This document shows, one piece after another, positions 39,801-55,300 of a stretch of DNA of 64,000 bases. The stretch comes from Eledone cirrhosa. Lineage: Eukaryota. Within the stretch, counting starts at the first letter, position 1; each line of letters opens with the position of its first letter. Where the stretch lies: assembly GCA_964016885.1 (NCBI GenBank), contig OZ024741.1:244714001-244778000 (forward strand), given 5' to 3'. Made by a program: the position numbers and the translations under genes. The notes beneath the pieces were generated by a model, which was not told the origin of the DNA, ran no database searches, and saw only the letters and a program-made list of their open reading frames with translations.

Positions 39801-42800
39801 CATGTACCAGTAATTACAGATCGATCGGACCACGGGCGGCCGGTTTGCGATTGAAAAGGTAACTCCGCCGGCAAATCGTCATTTTTGGATTCGTTTTCTT
39901 CGAAGCACACCATTCGCCGCCGGACTTCAGCTTCCTCATTTAGCATGGGCAGCTTTTCTTGCAAATCACACTACACACAGCAAATCTGTGTCTGCACATG
40001 TACCAGTAACTACAGATCGATCCGACCACGGGCGGCCGGCCCGCGATTGAAAAGGTAACTCCGCCAGCAAATCGTCATTTTTTGATTCGTTTTCTTCGAA
40101 GCACACCATTCGCCGCCGGACTTTGTTGACGTTTAACACGGTTTGGTTCCACAGCCACAACTATTGATTTTACGGTGATATCTTGCTGAAATTCACGCCA
40201 CACATAGCCAATGAGTGTCTGCACATGTACCAGTAATTACAGATCGATCGGACCACGGGCGGCCGGTTTGCGATCGAAAAGGTAACTCCGCCGGCAAATC
40301 CGCATTTTTGTGATTCGTTTCTTCGAAGCACACCATTTGCCGCCGGACTTCAGCTTCCTCATTTAGCATGGGCAGCTTTTCTTGCAAATCACACTACACA
40401 CAGCAAATCTGTGTCTGCACATGTACCAGTAACTACAGATCGATCCGACCACGGGCGGCCGGCCCACGATCGAAAAGGTAACTCCGCCGGCAAATCGTCA
40501 TTTTTGGATTCGTTTTCTTCGAAGCACACCATTCGCCGGCGGACTTTGTTGACGTTTAACACGGTTTGGTTCCACAGCCACAACTATTGATTTTACGGAG
40601 ATATCTTGCTGGAATTCACGCCACACATACCCAATGAGTGTCTGCACATGTACCAGTAATTACAGATCGATCCGCCCACGGGTGGCCGGCCCACGATCTA
40701 AAATGTAACTCCGCCGGCAAATCCGCATTTTTGTGATTAGTTTCTTCGAAGCACACCATTCGCCGCCGGACTTGAGCTTCCTCATTTAGCATGGGCAGCT
40801 TTTCTTGAAAATCACACCACACTCAGCAAATGTGTGTCTGCACATGTACCAGTAATTACAGATCGATCGGACCACGGGCGGCCGGCTCACGATCGAAAAG
40901 GTAACTCCGCCGGCAAATCCGCATTTTTGTGATTCGTTTCTTCGAAGCACACCATTCGCCGCCGGACTTCAGCTTCCTCATTTAGCATGGGCAGCTTTTC
41001 TTGCAAATCACACTACACACAGCAAATCGGTGTCTGCACATGTACCAGTAACTACAGATCGATCCGACCACGGGCGGCCGGCCCGCGATTGAAAAGGTAA
41101 CTCCGCCAGCAAATCGTCATTTTTTTATTCGTTTTCTTCGAAGCACACCATTCGCCGGCGGACTTTGTTGACGTTTAACACGGTTTGGTTCCACAGCCAC
41201 AACTATTGATTTTACGGAGATATCTTGCTGAAAATCACGCCACACATACCCAATGAGTGTCTGCACATGTACCAGTAATTACAGATCGATCCGCCCACGG
41301 GTGGCCGGCCCACGATCTAAAATGTAACTCCGCCGGCAAATCCGCATTTTTGTGATTAGTTTCTTCGAAGCACACCATTCGCCGCCGGACTTGAGCTTCC
41401 TCATTTAGCATGGGCAGCTTTTCTTGAAAATCACACCACACTCAGCAAATGTGCGTCTGCACATGTACCAGTAATTACAGATCGATCGGACCACGGGCGG
41501 CCGGCTCACGATCGAAAAGGTAACTCCGCCGGCAAATCCGCATTTTTGTGATTCGTTTCTTCGAAGCACACCATTCGCCGCCGGACTTCAGCTTCCTCAT
41601 TTAGCATGGGCAGCTTTTCTTGCAAATCACACTACACACAGCAAATCTGTGTCTGCACATGTACCAGTAACTACAGATCGATCGGACCACGGGCGGCCGG
41701 TTTGCGATTGAAAAGGTAACTCCGCCGGCAAATCGTCATTTTTGGATTCGTTTTCTTCGAAGCACACCATTCGCCGGCGGACTTTGTTGACGTTTAACAC
41801 GGTTTGGTTCCACAGCCACAACTATTGATTTTACGGAGATATCTTGCTGAAATTCACGCCACACATAGCCAATGATTGTCTGCACATGTACCAGTAATTA
41901 CAGATCGATCCGACCACGGGTGGCCGGCCCGCGATTGAAAAGGTAACTCCGCCAGCAAATCGTCATTTTTGGATTCGTTTTCTTCGAAGCACACCATTCG
42001 CCGGCGGACTTTGTTGACGTTTAACACGGTTTGGTTCCACAGCCACAACTATTGATTTTACGGAGATATCTTGCTGAAATTCACGCCACACATACCCAAT
42101 GAGTGTCTGCACATGTACCAGTAATTACAGATCGATCCGCCCACGGGTGGCCGGCCCACGATCTAAAATGTAACTCCGCCGGCAAATCCGCATTTTTGTG
42201 ATTAGTTTCTTCGAAGCACACCATTCGCCGCCGGACTTGAGCTTCCTCATTTAGCATGGGCAGCTTTTCTTGAAAATCACACCACACTCAGCAAATGTGT
42301 GTCTGCACATGTACCAGTAATTACAGATCGATCGGACCACGGGCGGCCGGTTTGCGATTGAAAAGGTAACTCCGCCGGCAAATCGTCATTTTTGGATTCG
42401 TTTTCTTCGAAGCACACCATTCGCCGCCGGACTTCAGCTTCCTCATTTAGCATGGGCAGCTTTTCTTGCAAATCACACTACACACAGCAAATCTGTGTCT
42501 GCACATGTACCAGTAACTACAGATCGATCCGACCACGGGCGGCCGGCCCGCGATTGAAAAGGTAACTCCGCCAGCAAATCGTCATTTTTTGATTCGTTTT
42601 CTTCGAAGCACACCATTCGCCGCCGGACTTTGTTGACGTTTAACACGGTTTGGTTCCACAGCCACAACTATTGATTTTACGGTGATATCTTGCTGAAATT
42701 CACGCCACACATAGCCAATGAGTGTCTGCACATGTACCAGTAATTACAGATCGATCGGACCACGGGCGGCCGGTTTGCGATCGAAAAGGTAACTCCGCCG

Positions 42801-44360
42801 GCAAATCCGCATTTTTGTGATTCGTTTCTTCGAAGCACACCATTTGCCGCCGGACTTCAGCTTCCTCATTTAGCATGGGCAGCTTTTCTTGCAAATCACA
42901 CTACACACAGCAAATCTGTGTCTGCACATGTACCAGTAACTACAGATCGATCCGACCACGGGCGGCCGGCCCACGATCGAAAAGGTAACTCCGCCGGCAA
43001 ATCGTCATTTTTGGATTCGTTTTCTTCGAAGCACACCATTCGCCGGCGGACTTTGTTGACGTTTAACACGGTTTGGTTCCACAGCCACAACTATTGATTT
43101 TACGGAGATATCTTGCTGGAATTCACGCCACACATACCCAATGAGTGTCTGCACATGTACCAGTAATTACAGATCGATCCGCCCACGGGTGGCCGGCCCA
43201 CGATCTAAAATGTAACTCCGCCGGCAAATCCGCATTTTTGTGATTAGTTTCTTCGAAGCACACCATTCGCCGCCGGACTTGAGCTTCCTCATTTAGCATG
43301 GGCAGCTTTTCTTGAAAATCACACCACACTCAGCAAATGTGTGTCTGCACATGTACCAGTAATTACAGATCGATCGGACCACGGGCGGCCGGCTCACGAT
43401 CGAAAAGGTAACTCCGCCGGCAAATCCGCATTTTTGTGATTCGTTTCTTCGAAGCACACCATTCGCCGCCGGACTTCAGCTTCCTCATTTAGCATGGGCA
43501 GCTTTTCTTGCAAATCACACTACACACAGCAAATCGGTGTCTGCACATGTACCAGTAACTACAGATCGATCCGACCACGGGCGGCCGGCCCGCGATTGAA
43601 AAGGTAACTCCGCCAGCAAATCGTCATTTTTTTATTCGTTTTCTTCGAAGCACACCATTCGCCGGCGGACTTTGTTGACGTTTAACACGGTTTGGTTCCA
43701 CAGCCACAACTATTGATTTTACGGAGATATCTTGCTGAAAATCACGCCACACATAGCCAATGAGTGTCTGCACATGTACCAGTAATTACAGATCGATCCG
43801 CCCACGGGTGGCCGGCCCACGATCTAAAATGTAACTCCGCCGGCAAATCCGCATTTTTGTGATTAGTTTCTTCGAAGCACACCATTCGCCGCCGGACTTG
43901 AGCTTCCTCATTTAGCATGGGCAGCTTTTCTTGAAAATCACACCACACTCAGCAAATGTGCGTCTGCACATGTACCAGTAATTACAGATCGATCGGACCA
44001 CGGGCGGCCGGCTCACGATCGAAAAGGTAACTCCGCCGGCAAATCCGCATTTTTGTGATTCGTTTCTTCGAAGCACACCATTCGCCGCCGGACTTCAGCT
44101 TCCTCATTTAGCATGGGCAGCTTTTCTTGCAAATCACACTACACACAGCAAATCTGTGTCTGCACATGTACCAGTAACTACAGATCGATTCGACCACGGG
44201 CGGCCGGCCCGCGATTGAAAAGGTAGCTCCGCCAGCAAATCGTCATTTTTTGATTCGTTTTCTTCGAAGCACACCATTCGCCGGCGGACTTTGTTGACGT
44301 TTAACACGGTTTGGTTCCACAGCCACAACTATTGATTTTACGGAGATATCTTGCTGAAAT
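36840..44360. repeat. 2507-bp (12-monomer) super-HOR, three tandem copies
   Basis: Markers at an exact 2507 spacing: GAATTC 38105/40612/43119; aaatcggtgtc 38522/41029/43536; ctgaaaatca 38727/41234/43741. Confidence 0.92.
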
Positions 44361-47300
44361 TCACGCCACACATAGCCAATGATTGTCTGCACATGTACCA
44401 GTAATTCCAGATCGATCCGACCACGGGTGGCCGGCCCGCGATTGAAAAGGTAACTCCGCCAGCAAATCGTCATTTTTGGATTCGTTTTCTTCGAAGCACA
44501 CCATTCGCCGGCGGACTTTGTTGACGTTTAACACGGTTTGGTTCCACAGCCACAACTATTGATTTTACGGAGATATCTTGCTGAAATTCACGCCACACAT
44601 ACCCAATGAGTGTCTGCACATGTACCAGTAATTACAGATCGATCCGCCCACGGGTGGCCGGCCCACGATCTAAAATGTAACTCCGCCGGCAAATCCGCAT
44701 TTTTGTGATTAGTTTCTTCGAAGCACACCATTCGCCGCCGGACTTGAGCTTCCTCATTTAGCATGGGCAGCTTTTCTTGAAAATCACACCACACTCAGCA
44801 AATGTGTGTCTGCACATGTACCAGTAATTACAGATCGATCGGACCACGGGCGGCCGGTTTGCGATTGAAAAGGTAACTCCGCCGGCAAATCGGCATTTTT
44901 GGATTCGTTTTCTTCGAAGCACACCATTCGCCGCCGGACTTCAGCTTCCTCATTTAGCATGGGCAGCTTTTCTTGCAAATCACACTACACACAGCAAATC
45001 TGTGTCTGCACATGTACCAGTAACTACAGATCGATCCGACCACGGGCGGCCGGCCCACGATCGAAAAGGTAACTCCGCCGGCAAATCGTCATTTTTGGAT
45101 TCGTTTTCTTCGAAGCACACCATTCGCCGGCGGACTTTGTTGACGTTTAACACGGTTTGGTTCCACAGCCACAACTATTGATTTTACGGAGATATCTTGC
45201 TGGAATTCACGCCACACATACCCAATGAGTGTCTGCACATGTACCAGTAATTACAGATCGATCCGCCCACGGGTGGCCGGCCCACGATCTAAAATGTAAC
45301 TCCGCCGGCAAATCCGCATTTTTGTGATTAGTTTCTTCGAAGCACACCATTCGCCGCCGGACTTGAGCTTCCTCATTTAGCATGGGCAGCTTTTCTTGAA
45401 AATCACACCACACTCAGCAAATGTGTGTCTGCACATGTACCAGTAATTACAGATCGATCGGACCACGGGCGGCCGGCTCACGATCGAAAAGGTAACTCCG
45501 CCGGCAAATCCGCATTTTTGTGATTCGTTTCTTCGAAGCACACCATTCGCCGCCGGACTTCAGCTTCCTCATTTAGCATGGGCAGCTTTTCTTGCAAATC
45601 ACACTACACACAGCAAATCTGTGTCTGCACATGTACCAGTAACTACAGATCGATCCGACCACGGGCGGCCGGCCCGCGATTGAAAAGGTAGCTCCGCCAG
45701 CAAATCGTCATTTTTTGATTCGTTTTCTTCGAAGCACACCATTCGCCGGCGGACTTTGTTGACGTTTAACACGGTTTGGTTCCACAGCCACAACTATTGA
45801 TTTTACGGAGATATCTTGCTGAAATTCACGCCACACATAGCCAATGATTGTCTGCACATGTACCAGTAATTACAGATCGATCCGACCACGGGTGGCCGGC
45901 CCGCGATTGAAAAGGTAACTCCGCCAGCAAATCGTCATTTTTGGATTCGTTTTCTTCGAAGCACACCATTCGCCGGCGGACTTTGTTGACGTTTAACACG
46001 GTTTGGTTCCACAGCCACAACTATTGATTTTACGGAGATATCTTGCTGAAATTCACGCCACACATACCCAATGAGTGTCTGCACATGTACCAGTAATTAC
46101 AGATCGATACGCCCAAGGGTGGCCGGCCCACGATCTAAAATGTAACTCCGCCGGCAAATCCGCATTTTTGTGATTAGTTTCTTCGAAGCACACCATTCGC
46201 CGCCGGACTTGAGCTTCCTCATTTAGCATGGGCAGCTTTTCTTGCAAATCACACTACACACAGCAAATCTGTGTCTGCACATGTACCAGTAACTACAGAT
46301 CGATCCGACCACGGGCGGCCGGCCCGCGATTGAAAAGGTAGCTCCGCCAGCAAATCGTCATTTTTTGATTCGTTTTCTTCGAAGCACACCATTCGCCGGC
46401 GGACTTTGTTGACGTTTAACACGGTTTGGTTCCACAGCCACAACTATTGATTTTACGGAGATATCTTGCTGAAATTCACGCCACACATACCCAATGATTG
46501 TCTGCACATGTACCAGTAATTACAGATCGATCCGACCACGGGTGGCCGGCCCGCGATTGAAAAGGTAACTCCGCCAGCAAATCGTCATTTTTGGATTCGT
46601 TTTCTTCGAAGCACACCATTCGCCGGCGGACTTTGTTGACGTTTAACACGGTTTGGTTCCACAGCCACAACTATTGATTTTACGGAGATATCTTGCTGAA
46701 ATTCACGCCACACATACCCAATGAGTGTCTGCACATGTACCAGTAATTACAGATCGATCCGCCCACGGGTGGCCGGCCCACGATCTAAAATGTAACTCCG
46801 CCGGCAAATCCGCATTTTTGTGATTAGTTTCTTCGAAGCACACCATTCGCCGCCGGACTTGAGCTTCCTCATTTAGCATGGGCAGCTTTTCTTGAAAATC
46901 ACACCACACTCAGCAAATGTGTGTCTGCACATGTACCAGTAATTACAGATCGATCGGACCACGGGCGGCCGGTTTGCGATTGAAAAGGTAACTCCGCCGG
47001 CAAATCGGCATTTTTGGATTCGTTTTCTTCGAAGCACACCATTCGCCGCCGGACTTCAGCTTCCTCATTTAGCATGGGCAGCTTTTCTTGCAAATCACAC
47101 TACACACAGCAAATCTGTGTCTGCACATGTACCAGTAACTACAGATCGATCCGACCACGGGCGGCCGGCCCACGATCGAAAAGGTAACTCCGCCGGCAAA
47201 TCGTCATTTTTGGATTCGTTTTCTTCGAAGCACACCATTCGCCGGCGGACTTTGTTGACGTTTAACACGGTTTGGTTCCACAGCCACAACTATTGATTTT

Positions 47301-47713
47301 ACGGAGATATCTTGCTGGAATTCACGCCACACATACCCAATGAGTGTCTGCACATGTACCAGTAATTACAGATCGATCCGCCCACGGGTGGCCGGCCCAC
47401 GATCTAAAATGTAACTCCGCCGGCAAATCCGCATTTTTGTGATTAGTTTCTTCGAAGCACACCATTCGCCGCCGGACTTGAGCTTCCTCATTTAGCATGG
47501 GCAGCTTTTCTTGAAAATCACACCACACTCAGCAAATGTGTGTCTGCACATGTACCAGTAATTACAGATCGATCGGACCACGGGCGGCCGGCTCACGATC
47601 GAAAAGGTAACTCCGCCGGCAAATCCGCATTTTTGTGATTCGTTTCTTCGAAGCACACCATTCGCCGCCGGACTTCAGCTTCCTCATTTAGCATGGGCAG
47701 CTTTTCTTGCAAA
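44134..47713. repeat. 2115-bp (10-monomer) period partial tandem duplication
   Basis: E monomers with aaatcggcat at 44784/46899; GAATTC at 45203/47318. Confidence 0.82.
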
Positions 47714-50700
47714 TCACACTACACACAGCAAATCTGTGTCTGCACATGTACCAGTAACTACAGATCGATCCGACCACGGGCGGCCGGCCCGCGATTGAAA
47801 AGGTAACTCCGCCAGCAATTCGTCATTTTTTTATTCGTTTTCTTCGAAGCACACCATTCGCCGGCGGACTTTGTTGACGTTTAACACGGTTTGGTTCCAC
47901 AGCCACAACTATTGATTTTACGGAGATATCTTGCTGAAATTCACGCCACACATACCCAATGAGTGTCTGCACATGTACCAGTAATTACAGATCGATCCGC
48001 CCACGGGTGGCCGGCCCACGATCTAAAATGTAACTCCGCCGGCAAATCCGCATTTTTGTGATTAGTTTCTTCGAAGCACACCATTCGCCGCCGGACTTGA
48101 GCTTCCTCATTTAGCATGGGCAGCTTTTCTTGAAAATCACACCACACTCAGCAAATGTGCGTCTGCACATGTACCAGTAATTACAGATCGATCGGACCAC
48201 GGGCGGCCGGCTCACGATCGAAAAGGTAACTCCGCCGGCAAATCCGCATTTTTGTGATTCGTTTCTTCGAAGCACACCATTCGCCGCCGGACTTCAGCTT
48301 CCTCATTTAGCATGGGCAGCTTTTCTTGCAAATCACACTACACACAGCAAATCTGTGTCTGCACATGTACCAGTAACTACAGATCGATCCGACCACGGGC
48401 GGCCGGCCCGCGATTGAAAAGGTAGCTCCGCCAGCAAATCGTCATTTTTTGATTCGTTTTCTTCGAAGCACACCATTCGCCGGCGGACTTTGTTGACGTT
48501 TAACACGGTTTGGTTCCACAGCCACAACTATTGATTTTACGGAGATATCTTGCTGAAATTCACGCCACACATAGCCAATGATTGTCTGCACATGTACCAG
48601 TAATTACAGATCGATCCGACCACGGGTGGCCGGCCCGCGATTGAAAAGGTAACTCCGCCAGCAAATCGTCATTTTTGGATTCGTTTTCTTCGAAGCACAC
48701 CATTCGCCGGCGGACTTTGTTGACGTTTAACACGGTTTGGTTCCACAGCCACAACTATTGATTTTACGGAGATATCTTGCTGAAATTCACGCCACACATA
48801 CCCAATGAGTGTCTGCACATGTACCAGTAATTACAGATCGATCCGCCCACGGGTGGCCGGCCCACGATCTAAAATGTAACTCCGCCGGCAAATCCGCATT
48901 TTTGTGATTAGTTTCTTCGAAGCACACCATTCGCCGCCGGACTTGAGCTTCCTCATTTAGCATGGGCAGCTTTTCTTGAAAATCACACCACACTCAGCAA
49001 ATGTGTGTCTGCACATGTACCAGTAATTACAGATCGATCGGACCACGGGCGGCCGGCTCACGATCGAAAAGGTAACTCCGCCGGCAAATCCGCATTTTTG
49101 TGATTCGTTTCTTCGAAGCACACCATTCGCCGCCGGACTTCAGCTTCCTCATTTAGCATGGGCAGCTTTTCTTGCAAATCACACTACACACAGCAAATCT
49201 GTGTCTGCACATGTACCAGTAACTACAGATCGATCCGACCACGGGCGGCCGGCCCGCGATTGAAAAGGTAACTCCGCCAGCAAATCGTCATTTTTTGATT
49301 CGTTTTCTTCGAAGCACACCATTCGCCGCCGGACTTTGTTGACGTTTAACACGGTTTGGTTCCACAGCCACAACTATTGATTTTACGGTGATATCTTGCT
49401 GAAATTCACGCCACACATAGCCAATGAGTGTCTGCACATGTACCAGTAATTACAGATCGATCCGACCACGGGTGGCCGGCCCGCGATTGAAAAGGTAACT
49501 CCGCCAGCAAATCGTCATTTTTGGATTCGTTTTCTTCGAAGCACACCATTCGCCGGCGGACTTTGTTGACGTTTAACACGGTTTGGTTCCACAGCCACAA
49601 CTATTGATTTTACGGAGATATCTTGCTGAAATTCACGCCACACATACCCAATGAGTGTCTGCACATGTACCAGTAATTACAGATCGATCCGCCCACGGGT
49701 GGCCGGCCCACGATCTAAAATGTAACTCCGCCGGCAAATCCGCATTTTTGTGATTAGTTTCTTCGAAGCACACCATTCGCCGCCGGACTTGAGCTTCCTC
49801 ATTTAGCATGGGCAGCTTTTCTTGAAAATCACACCACACTCAGCAAATGTGTGTCTGCACATGTACCAGTAATTACAGATCGATCGGACCACGGGCGGCC
49901 GGTTTGCGATTGAAAAGGTAACTCCGCCGGCAAATCGTCATTTTTGGATTCGTTTTCTTCGAAGCGCACCATTCGCCGCCGGACTTCAGCTTCCTCATTT
50001 AGCATGGGCAGCTTTTCTTGCAAATCACACTACACACAGCAAATCTGTGTCTGCACATGTACCAGTAACTACAGATCGATCCGACCACGGGCGGCCGGCC
50101 CGCGATTGAAAAGGTAACTCCGCCAGCAAATCGTCATTTTTTGATTCGTTTTCTTCGAAGCACACCATTCGCCGGCGGACTTTGTTGACGTTTAACACGG
50201 TTTGGTTCCACAGCCACAACTATTGATTTTACGGAGATATCTTGCTGAAATTCACGCCACACATACCCAATGAGTGTCTGCACATGTACCAGTAATTACA
50301 GATCGATACGCCCAAGGGTGGCCGGCCCACGATCTAAAATGTAACTCCGCCGGCAAATCCGCATTTTTGTGATTAGTTTCTTCGAAGCACACCATTCGCC
50401 GCCGGACTTGAGCTTCCTCATTTAGCATGGGCAGCTTTTCTTGCAAATCACACTACACACAGCAAATCTGTGTCTGCACATGTACCAGTAACTACAGATC
50501 GATCCGACCACGGGCGGCCGGCCCGCGATTGAAAAGGTAGCTCCGCCAGCAAATCGTCATTTTTTGATTCGTTTTCTTCGAAGCACACCATTCGCCGGCG
50601 GACTTTGTTGACGTTTAACACGGTTTGGTTCCACAGCCACAACTATTGATTTTACGGAGATATCTTGCTGAAATTCACGCCACACATAGCCAATGAGTGT

Positions 50701-52366
50701 CTGCACATGTACCAGTAATTACAGATCGATCGGACCACGGGCGGCCGGTTTGCGATTGAAAAGGTAACTCCGCCGGCAAATCGTCATTTTTGGATTCGTT
50801 TTCTTCGAAGCGCACCATTCGCCGCCGGACTTCAGCTTCCTCATTTAGCATGGGCAGCTTTTCTTGCAAATCACACTACACACAGCAAATCTGTGTCTGC
50901 ACATGTACCAGTAACTACAGATCGATCCGACCACGGGCGGCCGGCCCGCGATTGAAAAGGTAACTCCGCCAGCAAATCGTCATTTTTTGATTCGTTTTCT
51001 TCGAAGCACACCATTCGCCGGCGGACTTTGTTGACGTTTAACACGGTTTGGTTCCACAGCCACAACTATTGATTTTACGGAGATATCTTGCTGAAATTCA
51101 CGCCACACATACCCAATGAGTGTCTGCACATGTACCAGTAATTACAGATCGATACGCCCAAGGGTGGCCGGCCCACGATCTAAAATGTAACTCCGCCGGC
51201 AAATCCGCATTTTTGTGATTAGTTTCTTCGAAGCACACCATTCGCCGCCGGACTTGAGCTTCCTCATTTAGCATGGGCAGCTTTTCTTGCAAATCACACT
51301 ACACACAGCAAATCTGTGTCTGCACATGTACCAGTAACTACAGATCGATCCGACCACGGGCGGCCGGCCCGCGATTGAAAAGGTAGCTCCGCCAGCAAAT
51401 CGTCATTTTTTGATTCGTTTTCTTCGAAGCACACCATTCGCCGGCGGACTTTGTTGACGTTTAACACGGTTTGGTTCCACAGCCACAACTATTGATTTTA
51501 CGGAGATATCTTGCTGAAATTCACGCCACACATAGCCAATGATTGTCTGCACATGTACCAGTAATTACAGATCGATCCGACCACGGGTGGCCGGCCCGCG
51601 ATTGAAAAGGTAACTCCGCCAGCAAATCGTCATTTTTGGATTCGTTTTCTTCGAAGCACACCATTCGCCGGCGGACTTTGTTGACGTTTAACACGGTTTG
51701 GTTCCACAGCCACAACTATTGATTTTACGGAGATATCTTGCTGAAATTCACGCCACACATACCCAATGAGTGTCTGCACATGTACCAGTAATTACAGATC
51801 GATCCGCCCACGGGTGGCCGGCCCACGATCTAAAATGTAACTCCGCCGGCAAATCCGCATTTTTGTGATTAGTTTCTTCGAAGCACACCATTCGCCGCCG
51901 GACTTGAGCTTCCTCATTTAGCATGGGCAGCTTTTCTTGAAAATCACACCACACTCAGCAAATGTGTGTCTGCACATGTACCAGTAATTACAGATCGATC
52001 GGACCACGGGCGGCCGGTTTGCGATTGAAAAGGTAACTCCGCCGGCAAATCGGCATTTTTGGATTCGTTTTCTTCGAAGCACACCATTCGCCGCCGGACT
52101 TCAGCTTCCTCATTTAGCATGGGCAGCTTTTCTTGCAAATCACACTACACACAGCAAATCTGTGTCTGCACATGTACCAGTAACTACAGATCGATCCGAC
52201 CACGGGCGGCCGGCCCACGATCGAAAAGGTAACTCCGCCGGCAAATCGTCATTTTTGGATTCGTTTTCTTCGAAGCACACCATTCGCCGGCGGACTTTGT
52301 TGACGTTTAACACGGTTTGGTTCCACAGCCACAACTATTGATTTTACGGAGATATCTTGCTGGAAT

Positions 52367-55300
52367 TCACGCCACACATACCCAATGAGTGTCTGCACAT
52401 GTACCAGTAATTACAGATCGATCCGCCCACGGGTGGCCGGCCCACGATCTAAAATGTAACTCCGCCGGCAAATCCGCATTTTTGTGATTAGTTTCTTCGA
52501 AGCACACCATTCGCCGCCGGACTTGAGCTTCCTCATTTAGCATGGGCAGCTTTTCTTGAAAATCACACCACACTCAGCAAATGTGTGTCTGCACATGTAC
52601 CAGTAATTACAGATCGATCGGACCACGGGCGGCCGGCTCACGATCGAAAAGGTAACTCCGCCGGCAAATCCGCATTTTTGTGATTCGTTTCTTCGAAGCA
52701 CACCATTCGCCGCCGGACTTCAGCTTCCTCATTTAGCATGGGCAGCTTTTCTTGCAAATCACACTACACACAGCAAATCTGTGTCTGCACATGTACCAGT
52801 AACTACAGATCGATCCGACCACGGGCGGCCGGCCCGCGATTGAAAAGGTAACTCCGCCAGCAAATCGTCATTTTTTTATTCGTTTTCTTCGAAGCACACC
52901 ATTCGCCGGCGGACTTTGTTGACGTTTAACACGGTTTGGTTCCACAGCCACAACTATTGATTTTACGGAGATATCTTGCTGAAATTCACGCCACACATAC
53001 CCAATGAGTGTCTGCACATGTACCAGTAATTACAGATCGATCCGCCCACGGGTGGCCGGCCCACGATCTAAAATGTAACTCCGCCGGCAAATCCGCATTT
53101 TTGTGATTAGTTTCTTCGAAGCACACCATTCGCCGCCGGACTTGAGCTTCCTCATTTAGCATGGGCAGCTTTTCTTGAAAATCACACCACACTCAGCAAA
53201 TGTGCGTCTGCACATGTACCAGTAATTACAGATCGATCGGACCACGGGCGGCCGGCTCACGATCGAAAAGGTAACTCCGCCGGCAAATCCGCATTTTTGT
53301 GATTCGTTTCTTCGAAGCACACCATTCGCCGCCGGACTTCAGCTTCCTCATTTAGCATGGGCAGCTTTTCTTGCAAATCACACTACACACAGCAAATCTG
53401 TGTCTGCACATGTACCAGTAACTACAGATCGATCCGACCACGGGCGGCCGGCCCGCGATTGAAAAGGTAACTCCGCCAGCAAATCGTCATTTTTTTATTC
53501 GTTTTCTTCGAAGCACACCATTCGCCGGCGGACTTTGTTGACGTTTAACACGGTTTGGTTCCACAGCCACAACTATTGATTTTACGGAGATATCTTGCTG
53601 AAATTCACGCCACACATACCCAATGAGTGTCTGCACATGTACCAGTAATTACAGATCGATCCGCCCACGGGTGGCCGGCCCACGATCTAAAATGTAACTC
53701 CGCCGGCAAATCCGCATTTTTGTGATTAGTTTCTTCGAAGCACACCATTCGCCGCCGGACTTGAGCTTCCTCATTTAGCATGGGCAGCTTTTCTTGAAAA
53801 TCACACCACACTCAGCAAATGTGCGTCTGCACATGTACCAGTAATTACAGATCGATCGGACCACGGGCGGCCGGCTCACGATCGAAAAGGTAACTCCGCC
53901 GGCAAATCCGCATTTTTGTGATTCGTTTCTTCGAAGCACACCATTCGCCGCCGGACTTCAGCTTCCTCATTTAGCATGGGCAGCTTTTCTTGCAAATCAC
54001 ACTACACACAGCAAATCTGTGTCTGCACATGTACCAGTAACTACAGATCGATCCGACCACGGGCGGCCGGCCCGCGATTGAAAAGGTAGCTCCGCCAGCA
54101 AATCGTCATTTTTTGATTCGTTTTCTTCGAAGCACACCATTCGCCGGCGGACTTTGTTGACGTTTAACACGGTTTGGTTCCACAGCCACAACTATTGATT
54201 TTACGGAGATATCTTGCTGAAATTCACGCCACACATAGCCAATGATTGTCTGCACATGTACCAGTAATTACAGATCGATCCGACCACGGGTGGCCGGCCC
54301 GCGATTGAAAAGGTAACTCCGCCAGCAAATCGTCATTTTTGGATTCGTTTTCTTCGAAGCACACCATTCGCCGGCGGACTTTGTTGACGTTTAACACGGT
54401 TTGGTTCCACAGCCACAACTATTGATTTTACGGAGATATCTTGCTGAAATTCACGCCACACATACCCAATGAGTGTCTGCACATGTACCAGTAATTACAG
54501 ATCGATCCGCCCACGGGTGGCCGGCCCACGATCTAAAATGTAACTCCGCCGGCAAATCCGCATTTTTGTGATTAGTTTCTTCGAAGCACACCATTCGCCG
54601 CCGGACTTGAGCTTCCTCATTTAGCATGGGCAGCTTTTCTTGAAAATCACACCACATTCAGCAAATGTGTGTCTGCACATGTACCAGTAATTACAGATCG
54701 ATCGGACCACGGGCGGCCGGCTCACGATCGAAAAGGTAACTCCGCCGGCAAATCCGCATTTTTGTGATTCGTTTCTTCGAAGCACACCATTCGCCGCCGG
54801 ACTTCAGCTTCCTCATTTAGCATGGGCAGCTTTTCTTGAAAATCACACCACACTCAGCAAATGTGTGTCTGCACATGTACCAGTAATTACAGATCGATCG
54901 GACCACGGGCGGCCGGTTTGCGATTGAAAAGGTAACTCCGCCGGCAAATCGTCATTTTTGGATTCGTTTTCTTCGAAGCACACCATTCGCCGCCGGACTT
55001 TGTTGACGTTTAACACGGTTTGGTTCCACAGCCACAACTATTGATTTTACGGTGATATCTTGCTGAAATTCACGCCACACATAGCCAATGAGTGTCTGCA
55101 CATGTACCAGTAATTACAGATCGATCGGACCACGGGCGGCCGGTTTGCGATTGAAAAGGTAACTCCGCCGGCAAATCGTCATTTTTGGATTCGTTTTCTT
55201 CGAAGCACACCATTCGCCGGCGGACTTTGTTGACGTTTAACACGGTTTGGTTCCACAGCCACAACTATTGATTTTACGGAGATATCTTGCTGAAATTCAC

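Noticed and set aside
44243-44473. Unique 76-aa ORF in a different frame
   Set aside because: It arises from a single SNV (gtaattccag near 44407) removing a stop codon in one monomer.
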